DNA of 64,000 nt from Ylistrum balloti (Eukaryota), in assembly GCF_031769215.1 (NCBI RefSeq), contig NW_026782484.1, forward strand, positions 1,922,001-1,986,000, in the 5' to 3' direction. Shown here piece after piece: positions 36,500 to 50,887 of this stretch; position 1 is the stretch's first letter, and each line of letters begins with the position of its first letter. Position numbers and translations under genes: made by a program. Under the pieces are notes generated by a model. The model did no database searches and was not told the DNA's origin. It was given only the letters and a program-made list of their open reading frames with translations.

Positions 36500-38300
36500 G
36501 ATGTAGTCATCAGTCCATAAATATGTTCGATATCTAACTGTCAATCAGGCATTGATTAGAAATTACTTTCACCGGCAATTGTAATTTACATGATCCAATT
36601 AATTCTTACTGACCAAAGGCTGATTTGCATTTTCCATTGTGTCCATTCGAATATCGCACAAAAAGATGAGCGTTGACCCATTAATAGGCAATCAGCATTT
36701 CTACAGCAACCAGTCAAAATCATCTTATAAAATTCCGCGCGAAAATGTGTACGCGGACTGTTTAGGATTATCCATGGACACGTCAAAGGACCAATGGTCA
36801 TCATAGCGAATTGTGGATTGAAACATGTAATTATTGAAATCAGTGTTAGTGGTGAATATGTGTACTGCTCATGCAAATTGGAACTTAAAGGAGGGTTTCA
36901 CGATAGGTAGCACGTCGCCGAAACACTGGAGACGATACCTGGCAACAGGAGAAGTCGCTGAGACGGAAAACTTGTCAAACAACCGATCAACCAACAGAGT
37001 AGTAGCTTTCTACGTCTCTGTAAAGCATTTTCATTTCACCGACCATTTTGATTGTCTCAAGTACCCAGTAAAATCTCGGCCATTTCAGGTTGCTTGGTTA
37101 GTTACGGGTTTTTCATCTCGATGACTCGTTCTATCACTAGGCGTTGTCTCACCGACGAACATCAGTGTTCTGGCGATGAGAGGACGCCTTAGGGTGACGA
37201 CTCCTGTCAGGATGTCGGAAAAGTAATACAACAGATCTTTTATCTGGCACAGTACATATGGAGATACAATATGATACAAATTAAAGTTTTTATAACATTT
37301 ATTACACTGTATCAATATCTCAGGTGTTTTACGAACAGTCGCCACAGATACTGAGGTCAAGAGGGTGGTCAGACATCAAAGGAACATCTGTAAAACCAGT
37401 CCCATTTACACCGTTCAAAACCAACATCCCAGCACCTCTTACATATACACCCTCCATCTATCTCACCCTTACCAAACGTCACTTGTTGAAATCCCGGGAT
37501 AAAACAAAACGTATTTGATAGTATTCATGATAGAGTAGATACGATGTTTTCTCTATATTTCTTTTCACTATATTACCAATGAAAATTAACACAATATATT
37601 TTCTAAATACATAATTAAACAACTCCACCGTGATTCTGGTTCCTAACCTATCTCATCCTATGTTATAACATTTCCATTACAACTGATCTTACCTTAGCGT
37701 CTCAAGACCCTTCTATAGCAACATGTACATACAAATTACACATATAACAATAAAAAATCAGACTAGTGAACATACTTCTGATTGGAAGGGAATAACAGAA
37801 AGCGATGGACAATAAGATGACAAGTGTTCAGTCGGATGATTTGACCATTTCTGAGTCCGTTAACAATATGCATGTGCGGTTGGCTTAGAGTTTTATCATT
37901 TCTTTGAGGGTTGCCAATAAAGAAAGTCATCTTTCATGTTTGTTGACGACGATGGAAGTAGTTCCTTTTGTATTACTTTATGACCAAAACTTTCAATCCG
38001 ATGAAATTGCAAGTTACAAATAAAATTGTTATTGCAGAAGTTATATTGTACACAACATTTGCTACAGATGGATATTGAAAGTCAATGTTGGTTGTTTTGA
38101 TACCACGAGCTACATGACAGCATTAATTCAGATTGTAATGTGGAATCTGACATTGGTGTGTACATTTCAACTATCACTCGCTGAAGGTTAATCAATTTGA
38201 AATCAAGTACATATAGAACTTGGTGAGCCATGGTGATACCTTCAGGCCATTTAATACCTATATAGAACTGTTACACAATTAATCTCCAATTAATACGTGT
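36500..38300 (-). pseudogene. Possible decayed YWTD/LDLR-class-B beta-propeller sequence
   Basis: Scattered frame-broken motifs GIKWPEGIT, DDFLYW, LLYYFSD, NLKWP-RFYWV, DDFDWL, TYLWTD. Confidence 0.3.
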
Positions 38301-39204
38301 ATAATCCTGGCTAAAGCCACATTTACATGTTTTACCTTCTTATTTCCTTTGTGACAGGCTAATGACACATGGACAACTGTATACAATAACCATTCCTAGT
38401 AACCGGTGTTGTTGTTCAGCTACAGCCAATTACTCACAAATTAGGTGTTATCTTTATTCCTTGTTGATAAATTATTGAAATGTCGTCATGGTAACCTTGG
38501 AATATCTAGGCATGATTATGAAGACTTTGGAAGAGACATAATGAGGGCATGAGTAATTTGTGCGTTTGAATTTATCATCGATTTATCTAAGTATTCACGT
38601 CTAGACAATAATATCGAACACAGTAAATATCTACACTGATCCTATTCTAGTCCAGAGTTCTGTGAGCTCCACGAGGTAACACATTCAATATAGTGAATTT
38701 TAAATAGGAAGCTATCTATCAATTAACACTATCATTATTGAAGAAGTATTCAAACTAAAACATGAATAAATAGATAGCAGATAAGATCTTTAACAAAAAT
38801 TATAAAACTAATATATGTAACATTATCAATACAAAAGATATCGTCATGATATCAAATAATAATTTTAAAAAAATCAAATAATTTAAACAGAATACTCGAT
38901 TAATATAAAAAAAATCTGACGACATGCAAAAAGAGCATGTTTGTGGAATTATTGGCCTTCAAAGCCTGTCCTGAATCATGTTTGTTAGCTTTGTTTCATT
39001 ATAAGTCAGTTTGATCTTGCAAAATTGAATTAAAGTCAACGCCCGAGTGCCTTCCGTCGAACTGAATCTATCTAATGATGTTGATAACACCAGCTCTTTA
39101 ATCAAATAGGCTATTTGTTAAGACCACATCTCCATTAGTATGATATCGGCTCATTACAGTAATGATCACGCTGTATCGATTACATTGTCATCAATTATGA
39201 TGTA

Positions 39205-39895
39205 GTCTGATATCGTCTCGATGTATATCTTGTGGTGTCTGATATCGTCTCGATGTATATCTTGTGGTGTCTGATATCGTCTCGATGTATTTCTTGAGGT
39301 GTCTGATATCGTCTCGATGTATATCTTGTGGTGTCTGATATCGTCTCGATGTATATCTTGAGGTATCTGATATCGTCTCGATGTATATCTTGTGGTGTCT
39401 AATATCGACTTAATGTATATCTTGAGGTGACTGATATCGTCTCGATGTATATCTTGAGGTATCTGATATCGTCTCGATGTATATCTTGTGGTGTCTAATA
39501 TCGACTTAATGTATATCTTGAGGTGACTGATATCGTCTCGATGTATATCTTGTGGTGTCTGATATCGTCTCGATGTCTGATATCGTCTCGATGTATATCT
39601 TGAGGTGTCTGATATCGTCTCGATGTATATCTTGAGGTGTCTGATATCGTCTCGATGTATATCTTGTGGTGTCTGATATCGTCTCGATGTATATCTTGAG
39701 GTATCTGATATCGTCTCGATGTATATCTTGTGGTGTCTAATATCGACTTAATGTATATCTTGAGGTGACTGATATTGTCTCGATGTATATCTTGAGGTAT
39801 CTGATATCGTCTCGATGTATATCTTGTGGTGTCTAATATCGACTTAATGTATATCTTGAGGTGACTGATATCGTCTCGATGTATATCTTGAGATA
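39205..39895. repeat. 32-bp minisatellite (~21 units)
   Basis: Unit tctgatatcgtctcgatgtatatcttgaggtg. Confidence 0.95.
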
Positions 39896-40004
39896 TTTAA
39901 GATCGTCTTGATACATATCTTCGGATATAGTCTAGAATCTATATAACAGTAATTAATGTGAATGTGAATTTCATTTGCTAGCAGCCTCGATGGATGTAAT
40001 TTAT

Positions 40005-40290
40005 ATCATCACTGGCGAGTTCCAGGCCCTCATCATCATTGGCAAGTCCTAGGTCGTAAGCATCATTGGCGAGTTCAATCTCTCAGCATCATTGGCGAGT
40101 TCTAGGCCCTCAGCGTCATTGGCGAGTTCAATCCCTCAGCATCATTGCCGAGTTCAATCCCTCAGTATCATTGCCGAGTTCAATCCCTCAGCGTCATTGG
40201 CGAGTTCTAGGCCCTCAGCATCACTGGCGAGTCTTAGGTCCTCAGCATCACTGGCGAGTTCTAGGCCCTCAACATCACTGGCGAGTTCTA
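40005..40290 (+). repeat. 27-bp minisatellite (~10 units) derived from the 5' half of a hammerhead
   Basis: Unit catcactggcgagttctaggccctcag; last unit runs into a full hammerhead fold. Confidence 0.8.
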
Positions 40291-40315
40291 AAAGGACGAT
40301 ACAGCTGTAGGATGT
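40272..40315 (+). ncRNA. Minimal type I hammerhead ribozyme, degenerate (A6G, A14U)
   Basis: ACAUCA-CUGGCGA-GUUC-UAAAA-GGAC-GAUAC-AGCU-GUA|GGAUGU; stems I, II and III can pair. Confidence 0.7.
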
Positions 40316-40813
40316 AGTTCAAGTCATTATTTCGCTATATGTTGTTCACTTGTTTGAAATTACTTGTAATTATAATCTTCCTTTTGCAAGCCATGAAATC
40401 AGACAATACTCAGAACATGATCGAAGTTAAACCAATATCGTTATTTGGATATCCGGAAATTCTGGCTTAATTTCATAGAAAGAAAACACCATTACATTTC
40501 ATTTTTACATGATATTTCACTTTGCTTTATACCATTAACTAATGGAAGGGATACATTTAAGAATTGTTCCAATCTTAACACCCCATCGACTAAGTATTGT
40601 TACTACCAGTGACATATATTTTTGATAACAATCCGACAGACATCGACTGCTTTAACCAGTTTAAAATACATGACTTTCTAGCTCCACAAATCGAAGTTCT
40701 ATATGGTCACTCCATGGTGTTTTTATTCGAGGCGTTTTTATTTCCGTATATAATCTGCTGACATCAACTGAACTTCTATTATGGATACAATCAGTAATGC
40801 ACTAAAATTGGAA

Positions 40814-41220
40814 GGACGAAACAACTGTATGATGTAGTTTAATTCATTGTTTGACGACTGTATCTCAGTCTATATGTGTGTCTTTTGTACAATCTTTAAG
40901 AAGGTGGTAGACACTGTTGGTGGACATTAAGTCCCCGAGGTTTGCTGATCTGATATGTAAAAAATAGGAAATTCGTTTTTAATTATGGGACAAGTGCACC
41001 TCCCCGTGTAGATTTTGATTGTTCTTTCTATCACTTTGGATTTTTCTTAGTCACATCCTGGCGTCAAAGTTTAGACCTTTAGCATTACTGGCGAGTCTTC
41101 GAAGAACGGAAAAACTGCATGATGCAGTTTAATTAAGCGTTTGACTCTGTTGTATCGGATTATAAATTTGAATAAAAAGGTGCTTTTGACTAGCTTATCT
41201 TCAGTACAATCTTTAAGTGA
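40814..41220 (+). mobile_element. Retrozyme-like unit: 290 nt between two hammerhead cleavage-site equivalents (40829, 41119)
   Basis: Canonical 3' half GGAC-GAAAC-AACT-GTA|TGATGT at 40814-40835; degenerate full copy at 41082-41125; similar sequence follows both (tttgac...gtacaatctttaag). Confidence 0.6.
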
Positions 41221-41451
41221 CGCACAGTAATTTGTGATGACAGAACCGTTATAGGGACCTTTTCGTCTCTTTCCTTGTAAAAATTAATGACGTGTAATGT
41301 TTGCTAACTTTTTATTTAAAACAATTAAACTCGCTCGAATTCATGACGTCATATGATGATTTTTCCAAGAATCTTAGGAACCAAAATATCATGTTCAAAT
41401 TAACGTTTATGGCAATTTAATGTCTAATTCTAACTTTCTATAGAGTTAATA

Positions 41452-41690
41452 TCATATCAATATTAATTCAGTGTTGATAAAAATGAATTCATCAACGCCA
41501 TTTGTATAGCTAGATGGATAGTTGTTACTGTTGGTTTCAAAAAGATCGAGATGAGTTGCTGTCATAGAAGGGTCTGTTGTGTGTATGATTTCATATTCTG
41601 TTGGGTATATACGTTGGGCGTGATCAATAAATAGCTCGTAATATAAAGACAAGACATCATCAATATATATGTATATATATATAAAGTATT
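41452..41690 (-). mobile_element. Penelope-like RT fragment
   Basis: YIDDVLSL...RIYPTEYEI..TT....ATHLDL. Confidence 0.75.
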
Positions 41691-42184
41691 TTAAAACCCC
41701 CACATTGAGAAAAATACGAGTTTTCTATTCACAATTAAATTATTGGAACAACCTCAAAAAAATATCGAACTGAAAAACCTTTCATTCTCTTCCAGTATAT
41801 GATTCTGCTGAACTGTGTTTGAACTGTTTTGACAGCTGTAGGCAGCAAACATATACAAACACTGTTTGTTATTTCATTTGATCAATATCAATATAACATG
41901 AAGTCAAAGACCTATTAAGAACAGCTATTTATTTACAAAACAATAAAAGCGAGAAGTGTATCTAGACTGATCAATGTAAATGACACCTAAAACCACTTTA
42001 CAAAGACATCTGAAGTAGGTAGACTGTGTGGTAACATCAAATATACAAAGTTAATTTTTATCGTGTTTGAAAAGCTTTTGGTGTGGTTGTATCATTATTT
42101 GTAGTTTAGTGCCATATTCTTTAAATAATCGACGAATATAATTATCTAAACTTTGACAATAAAATATTGTTACTATAACCTCTC

Positions 42185-43285
42185 TACTGATACACGGATA
42201 TCTATAGGTCTATAGAATTACAACCGTCCCTAGTGATACCAGAATATCTATAGGTCTATGGAATTACAACCGTCTCTAGTGATACCAGAATATCTATAGA
42301 ATTACAAACGTCCCTAGTGGTACCAGAATATCTATAGGTCTATAGAATTACAACCGTCTCTAGTGATACCAAAATATCTATAGAATTACAAACGTCCCTA
42401 GTGATACCAGAATATCTATAGGTCTATAGAATTACAACCGTCCCTAGTGATACCAGAATATCTATAGGTCTATAGAATTACAACCGTCTCTAGTGATACC
42501 AGAATATCTATAGAATTACAAACGTCCCTAGTGGTACCAGAATATCTATAGGTCTATAGAATTACAACCGTCTCTAGTGATACCAAAATATCTATAGAAT
42601 TACAAACGTCCCTAGTGATACCAGAATATCTATAGGTCTATAGAATTACAACCGTCCCTAATGATACCAGAATATCTATAGGTCTATAGAATTACAACCG
42701 TCCCTAGTGATACCAGAATATCTATAGAATTACAAACGTCCCTAGTGGTACCAGAATATCTATAGGTCTATAGAATTACAACCGTCTCTAGTGATACCAG
42801 AATATCTATAGGTCTATAGAATTACAACCGTCCCTAGTGATACCAGATATCTATAGAATTACAAACGTCCCTAGTGGTACCAGAATATCTATAGGTCTAT
42901 AGAATTACAACCGTCTCTAGTGATACCAGAATATCTATAGGTCTATAGAATTACAACCGTCCCTAGTGATACCAGAATATCTATAGAATTACAACCGTCC
43001 CTAGTGATACCAGAATATCTATAGGTCTATAGAATTACAACCGTCCCTAGTGATACCAGAATATCTATAGGTCTATAGAATTACAACCGTCCTTACTGAT
43101 ACCAGAATATCTATAGGTCTATAGAATTACAACCGTCCTTACTGATACCAGAATATCTATAGGTCTATAGAATTACAACCGTCTCTAGTGGTACCAGAAT
43201 ATCTATAGGTCTATAGAATTACAACCGTCCCTAGTGATACCAGAATATATATAGGTCTATAGAATTACAACCGTCCCTAGTGATA
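42185..43285. repeat. 46/37-bp minisatellite (~25 units)
   Basis: Unit tctatag(gtctatag)aattacaaccgtccctagtgataccagaata. Confidence 0.95.
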
Positions 43286-44327
43286 ATGTGTCATGTTGGG
43301 ACAGTCAGTTCAGCAATGCTGGTGCCATTGTAGACACATGGTTCAAAAAAACTTCGATATAACGTTATTCTTAAGGAAAATATGACCAAAGTCAAACATT
43401 CATCTATGGAAGCCTTGTGTTGACACATCAACATATTTACCCCATACTATTGGGCTTCCTTTTTGTGGTGATACAGCTTGTATCAAAGTAGAAAACATTG
43501 AAATGTTGAAGGCTTTTCAGATATTCTTGATTTGATCTTACATCATGTTTTGTTACCGTATACCATTGTTATGTAACGATGTGTTTCAATTAACGGCTGA
43601 CTGAGAACTGCATGTAGGTGAATGGAATTGTGCAGGACGTCGAGTGATCGTTAAGAAGGACTGCGATGAACTGACAATGTAGTGTTGGTTGTAAAGTGAA
43701 TATTTTTCCGGATCCTGCGTGGTCTGTGCCATGATGTCACTGTTGCTATGTATACAAATGCACATCATGTTACATGTCTGATCATACTGATTCTGGCCCC
43801 GCCCCAGTTCCGTGATATAGTACATTCGGAATTACTAAGATTTGTATCATACATGCACATATACCAAACTATTGGTGTTATCCTTCAAGTATTTCCCTTC
43901 TCGTCCCCTACCATCTCCCACCATATCCCCTACCATCGCCCCTTCCCCTAGTCACTATTATTAAAAAATATGTTTTATATTGCATATAAATGAATTTAAG
44001 CATAATGCCAATAGGAAAGCGTTCATGCTGTAATGTTCGTCAGCGTCTGTGGCTCACCAATACAGCTTGTCTGTGTGAAAGAGTAAGAAAAAATCGATTG
44101 ACTTAAGTACAATCGTACGTATTTCTGAATTCTCTTAGTACGTTTTTGTTTATTCAAATACTTGTGAATAAATATTAGTTTAACAAACTGTGATAAAGCG
44201 ATACCGTATGTCGTGTTACCATTAAAATGAGAATAACACCAAAGCATTAAAAGCACATATTTTATTCTTATTTTAAAACAACCAAACATATACCACTTAT
44301 AGACATGTAACTCATTAGGTAAATGTA

Positions 44328-44872
44328 CAGCAATGGTCAGAATAATGTACAGCAATAGTCAGGATATTGTACAACAATGGTCAGGATAACGTACAACAAT
44401 GGTCAGGATAATGTACAACAATGGTCAGGATAATGTACATCAATGGTCAGGATAATGTACAACAATGGTCAGGATATTGTACAACAATGGTCAGAATAAT
44501 GTACAACAATGGTCAGGATAATGTACAACAATGGTCAGGATAATGTACAACAATGGTCAGGATAACGTACATCAATGGTCAGGATAATGTACAACAATGG
44601 TCAGGATATTGTACAACAATGGTCAGGATAATGTACAACAATGGTCAGGATAATGTACAGCAATGGTCAGGATAATGTACAACAATGGTCAGGATATTGT
44701 ACAACAATGGTCAGGATAATGTACAACAATGGTCAGAATAATGTACATCAATGGTCAGGATATTGTACAACAATGGTCAGGATAATGTACATCAATGGTC
44801 AGGATAACGTACATCAATGGTCAGAATAATGTACATCAATGGTCAGGATAATGTACAACAATGGTCAGGATA
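44328..44872. repeat. 21-bp minisatellite (~26 units)
   Basis: Unit aatgtacaacaatggtcagga(t). Confidence 0.95.
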
Positions 44873-45054
44873 GTTGAAACTATCATTTCTTTTACTTCGT
44901 TTCCAATCACACCTATTATTTCCATTACGACACTCCCAATTGTAAACCAAGTCAGTAAGGTACATCAAACTTAAACAGATGGTTCCTCTAATAGAGAATA
45001 TTTTTGTAAATATTCTCACTGGGCAAATATCTTGTCAGTAATTGTAAATAATGT

Positions 45055-45600
45055 TTTTTTGGCTACGGATCGATTTTACTGTCAGTATTTACACAATATG
45101 ACTTCTTAATTAAATATCATTTTTTTTCTTTTGTGTCTCATATTGGTATAAATTCTCTAAGTTAACATTTATCAATCAATTGTTAATTATTGAACTTAGT
45201 AGCAGTAAGTGAGGCTATTGTCAAGCCGAATGTAAAACCGATAACCAAGATGTTTGAAACAATGAAAGAACATTCGTAATCGAGAGTATTGTTTACATAT
45301 TCGTTATTGTTAATAATTACATTTTGTTAATATTTCCACCGATTCAAAGTCTTTGAATAAATGTAAATAATACTATTTTGGCTACGGATCGATTTTACTG
45401 TTAGTATTTACACAATATGACTTCTCGATTAAATATCATGTTTTCTTTTATGTCTCATATTGGTATCAATTCTCTCAGCTAACATTTATCAATCAATTGT
45501 TAATTATTGAACTTAGTAGCAGTAAGTGAGGCTATTATCAAACCGAATGTAAAACCGATAACCAAGATGTTTGTAACAATGAAAGAACATTCGTAATCTA
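45055..45600. repeat. Direct duplication of ~225 bp (about 45055-45281 and 45375-45598)
   Basis: Near-identical blocks beginning ttttggctacggatcgattttactg. Confidence 0.85.
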
Positions 45601-46687
45601 TGTTATTGGTTTTTTTAGTTAATAAATCGTGGTGGGCAGGCTAATTGCTGTTTTTTATCAGAAGCAAAATTTTTCGAAGAGTCAATAATCTAGTTTTTTC
45701 CTCAGACAATGCCTTAATGTCTTCATAAAAGATCAATTGTACAACGAATTTCTGCAGCAATATATGAACGAGAGGTACTTAAAAACTATAGCGTTCGGTA
45801 AGAGAGTTTGTCACAAGCCTTGATTATCAATCAATGACTTTCGATACTGGTAATCCACAGATACATAAACTAACAAACTTACTGATGTATTCCTGCAATG
45901 TGAACGATCAAAGGGTCCGATATGAACCTCCCAATCTGAAAAGGAGCCAACAGCGGCTAGGTGAATTTTTAAATTCAACCGTTTATGGACAATTACATAG
46001 AGTCAAATAATAAATATTACGAAATCGTACAGCTGCTCCGTCTTTCTAGGATAGGATTCGTCAGTTACATTCAGGGCCTAAACTTTTTAAATCCGGGATT
46101 CCAATTAAAAAACGGAATTGATCAAACTAAGTGTGGAAATCCAAACACACTTATCACAGAATTCATCTGTTATATATATTTATTCATTTATTTATTTCTG
46201 TTAGATAATGTCAAATACACTTGTATACTGTGGATAATTACACTGTTCAATTATTTCAAACGTGGCTTGATGGTAATGCTAAATACTTATATTAAAACCG
46301 TGCATACTGTTATATATACAATTTAACACAATACTCTTTATATAAGAAAACAGTATTACCGTCAAAACTTTCATTCGCATTCGATTTTCTCGGCTTGTTT
46401 TCAGAAATGCAGGTTGATGGGAAAGACAATAGCAACGTGTTATAGTCATCATCATGATCTCAGTGGTGAACATTATTCTATTCCTTGTCTGAAATGTAGT
46501 TAGACTTTTTAATGCTCGTTAGTATACCCGGTGATTTGTTTTTAACCTGGGTCTTACTGCAGAACGCCACATTACTCACTTGTATTGAACAATATTGAAA
46601 GGGCAGATGTCGTCCATGAAGCAAAGAAAGACGCGAACACGTGCTCTTATTGTTGTACTTGTTCCAGAGTAAGTCTGAATGAGATTT

Positions 46688-47177
46688 NNNNNNNNNNNNN
46701 NNNNNNNNNNNNNNNNNNNNNNNNNNNNNNNNNNNNNNNNNNNNNNNNNNNNNNNNNNNNNNNNNNNNNNNNNNNNNNNNNNNNNNNNNNNNNNNNNNNN
46801 NNNNNNNNNNNNNNNNNNNNNNNNNNNNNNNNNNNNNNNNNNNNNNNNNNNNNNNNNNNNNNNNNNNNNNNNNNNNNNNNNNNNNNNNNNNNNNNNNNNN
46901 NNNNNNNNNNNNNNNNNNNNNNNNNNNNNNNNNNNNNNNNNNNNNNNNNNNNNNNNNNNNNNNNNNNNNNNNNNNNNNNNNNNNNNNNNNNNNNNNNNNN
47001 NNNNNNNNNNNNNNNNNNNNNNNNNNNNNNNNNNNNNNNNNNNNNNNNNNNNNNNNNNNNNNNNNNNNNNNNNNNNNNNNNNNNNNNNNNNNNNNNNNNN
47101 NNNNNNNNNNNNNNNNNNNNNNNNNNNNNNNNNNNNNNNNNNNNNNNNNNNNNNNNNNNNNNNNNNNNNNNNNNNNN
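46688..47177. other. Assembly gap (490 N)
   Basis: Direct reading. Confidence 1.
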
Positions 47178-49448
47178 ATCATTTCAAACCTTATGTTTTC
47201 ATGTTTAAGCCCTGGTGATTTTCATGTTATTTAAAATGAGGGTGTTACCGATTAGGACAACTACGCTACCATTTCCTACATGAGAGAGACCTGAATTCGA
47301 AATTCAATTTCGACATTTTTTGTGGACTGGATATTAAATCAGGCACATTCGTCTTTCTTACACACAATCACATATTACTTCTTAGAAACTACCCGTAACT
47401 TATGGCGGAGGGGAGACAAACCAGATTTAGGTTATAAAATGTCTTCCAAATTAAGTCATTTTATGTACAAACTTGGTGTAAATCTCTCAATATCAAACCC
47501 TGCAGAGACTCTCCGGTATAAATCACATTTCTTCCATTCAACTAATGCAAACAAAACATATGTTGTCAACCACATAACATTTTAATGAATCGGATTACGA
47601 TAAAGAATAATTTCGGATACAGCATTTAACGACTTTGATAATTAGTTAACACCACATTACTAAGTCATATTATAAAAAAAAAATCATCATTTGACATGTA
47701 ATTTTCCTGGTGCCCGGTTTTTATAATAGACTGATAGATACTTCGTGATTTCCAATTTAAAGATATCGGGATGTAATTGTTTTCTGTTAAAATATAGTAA
47801 AAACGTTGTGAGAGGGATGTTCAAAGAAATATAAATAAAACGTAAAATATGAAACAGAGTTACCACTGACCTTACACTGATTCAGTATCATTTATCGCAA
47901 TGGCGTAATTTCGACACTCATAAGGGACGCTAATGTGTAGGGTTTTTTTTGCATCATCCTATTCTAAACAGTTAAAGCTTATATATCAATGTTTCCCATC
48001 ATAGATGAAATGCAATGTCTATATAATGTATTACTGAATAAAATAGTGTTTCAACAGTTCATATCTAGCGACATTGATTTCGTTGTTTTCTGTTCATGTT
48101 ACTATTAAAAAGTAATAAAATACCATTGTCTTGTATCACAAGAAGACTATCTTCTACATAAATCGTAAATTAATTGTTTTTATAAATGTGCTTATCAGAA
48201 GTCTAACAATTTAATACTCCACAGAAATAAGTTATATTATAAGCTGTGTTTCAGTTTTAAAAATTATAATATCTCGACTTGTTTCCTTGCAGTTCCCACT
48301 TTCCATCCTCTTCATATACATCTTTACATTAAATTCATCTGCAATTTAAGTTGAATATAATTTACCTGCACATTATATTAGCGCATTTCTGTAATATTTT
48401 TGGCGGCAGATTTTTATGATGGTATCTTATCAGAAGTTACAAAACATGATAGAATACCAGCAAATCTGTCTGTCCAAACAATGTCACAGCTGTTTGTATA
48501 CAAAGAACAAAAAGATTAAGGAGAATATTCGACATATATCAATTATCATACACTCAGAACTTTACTTATATAGTATTACATCTTAGTATAAAGAACATAA
48601 TTTACTTACATGATCTATACATAGTATAATGTTAAAATCCCACCACAATAACGACAGCAATACAACAATATTTCTTATTTCAAAAGACAACGACTTATTT
48701 GTTTTGTCAGTATTTTGCCAACGATTTTGAACAACTGAAAATGATTTCTTAATTAATTAAAATATAATTTAAGATTTTTTAAATAAAATTTTGTACATTC
48801 ATATCATTTAAAAATCTACATCAATAAATCACTGTGTGATACAAATGAGGAAATTTTCTCTAAATTGAAACTTTACAAAAATTGTTACATGTAAATCAAA
48901 TTCCTTTTAATAAAGATATATGTGTATTGATTGGTTCGAACACGCGTGCCTTTATTTAACATTGATTTGTATTTTTGAATTACGATCTCATTAATGTGTT
49001 CCTCCCACCTTCAAATCACCCTTTAACATGACACAATATTTACACACCACACATTAACCTATGTAAGGTTATTTTGTCTATTCTACCATCCCGTCAGATG
49101 GTGTACTAGTTCAGATAAATCGCTGTCATTACACAGTGACATTGTTTTGCAATGTAAACGATTTTTTCCCTTCTGCTCTCTCTTCTGAACCATAATACGT
49201 TATTTATGCAAATTAATTTATATTCATTAATGTAGTTTGAAATATGCTATTTCTAGGTTTTGATAAGGTCAGTGATAATTTATCAGCTTTCACATGGTCT
49301 ACAATCTTTGTCGATCTACAGCTAATGTGTATTTATTTAATTACTAATACACAAATATAACTTTATGGATTATAAGTAATCAGTGTAGGAATTCTCACCT
49401 ATGTACCAGTACCTTATGTTACTTATGTAACCCTTGTTTGTACCATCA

Positions 49449-49690
49449 GGCCCCACTTGTATAAAACATCTCAACTTGAGATTTCCTCAAGTCGAGATTT
49501 TCCTCAGCTGATATCTCCTCAAAAACGGCTTGTAAAAAATTTTCTCAAGGAACAGGAGGAAGTCATCGGCTAGGATGTCCTGAAATTCCTTGAGGAATTT
49601 TCATACAAGATTTTTTTCAAGGAGATATTAGCTGAGGAAAATCTGGGCTTGAGGAAATCTCAAGTTGAGATATTTTATACAAGTGGGGCC
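49449..49690. mobile_element. MITE with ~70-bp terminal inverted repeats
   Basis: ggccccacttgtataaaacatctcaacttgagatttcctcaag... / ...cttgaggaaatctcaagttgagatattttatacaagtggggcc; no TSD evident. Confidence 0.8.
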
Positions 49691-50887
49691 AGATCTAATA
49701 TGTAGCTAAACATGGTCTACCCATATGACCCTTTTCTGTTATTACTCTACTAATTTAAGTATAAAAGGATGCCCTCCCATGAGTATAGGTGTTACTCCTT
49801 ATACACACCCTCGTATGTATACACCATATATCAAATATTAAAACCACACTGCTACAATAAAACGGAATAGACATTATTCTTGTAAATCAACACCAAGAAA
49901 TATTTCCCTCTACATCTCTTTGGTCGTTGTTTCAGCATGTACCTCAGCATGACGGCATCGACAGCATCCGATTGAGTAATTGTACATAAAAAATACCAGT
50001 CGATCACGGTCTTGTACTTTAAAAGGAATGTTAATTCAGAAAGGTTTTCAAGCAGTGCCACTATAATCAATATTTGACCTCGTGTTATCATGAAACAAGC
50101 ATTACATTGGTATTTTTTTCTCTCTTTTTTTTTAACGTTTATCCCTCCATAACATAACAAATCGACGCCATTTATAATGATAATTGACAAATGCGGCGGT
50201 GTAAGAAAATTTCAAAGAATCTATTACAAATATAAGAATCATTGCAATCTATGATTATATGATAAGGATTAACTTTGATCTTTAATTTTATGTTATTGCT
50301 CTATAAAACAGAAAGGTGTGTACGCTAAAATAAAATATCGTGATTTGGTAGAATATTAGTGGAAAATAGATGAATTTATTGAAATAAAAATTGGTGATTG
50401 ATGAATTGTAAAATAAATGTCAATTTAACACATATGCCTTAAAATGAAACGGTTCCTATTATAATACAAGACCGGACCTGCACAAATAAGATATGACGTT
50501 TGGAAAACTGCATTACAGACAATCTAATTTGTAACAAAACTATTTTCGTAGAAAATTTTAGTCTTAATTTATGTTGTGTGTAATTAATCTATAAGTAATA
50601 ACTGCCCGAAAAGTATATTCGAAATCAAAATTAACTTTGTGTTTGTTAACTTACGTAGGTATACATTCACTCTGCATGGATGCATTTATACATAAGCATG
50701 ACTTCAAAGTAAGGCAGCTTTCCATAGCTTCATCCTTTGAATCACCTACAAATGACGTGATACAAAACACGCAAAAGTATATAAAGAATATCACTTATTA
50801 CTAAGGGATGTGATGACATCTTGTTGATATACACGTCAGTTCTTCTTTATAAAGCTGGCCAATGACAACTAACTGAAAAAATGCTTC

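Noticed and set aside
32961-36544. ORFs of 747, 732, 240 and 235 aa as genes
   Set aside because: Overlapping ORFs on both strands of 30-bp arrays; no signal peptide, exon context or non-repetitive domain
46478-47218. ORFs spanning the poly-X region
   Set aside because: Artefacts of the N gap
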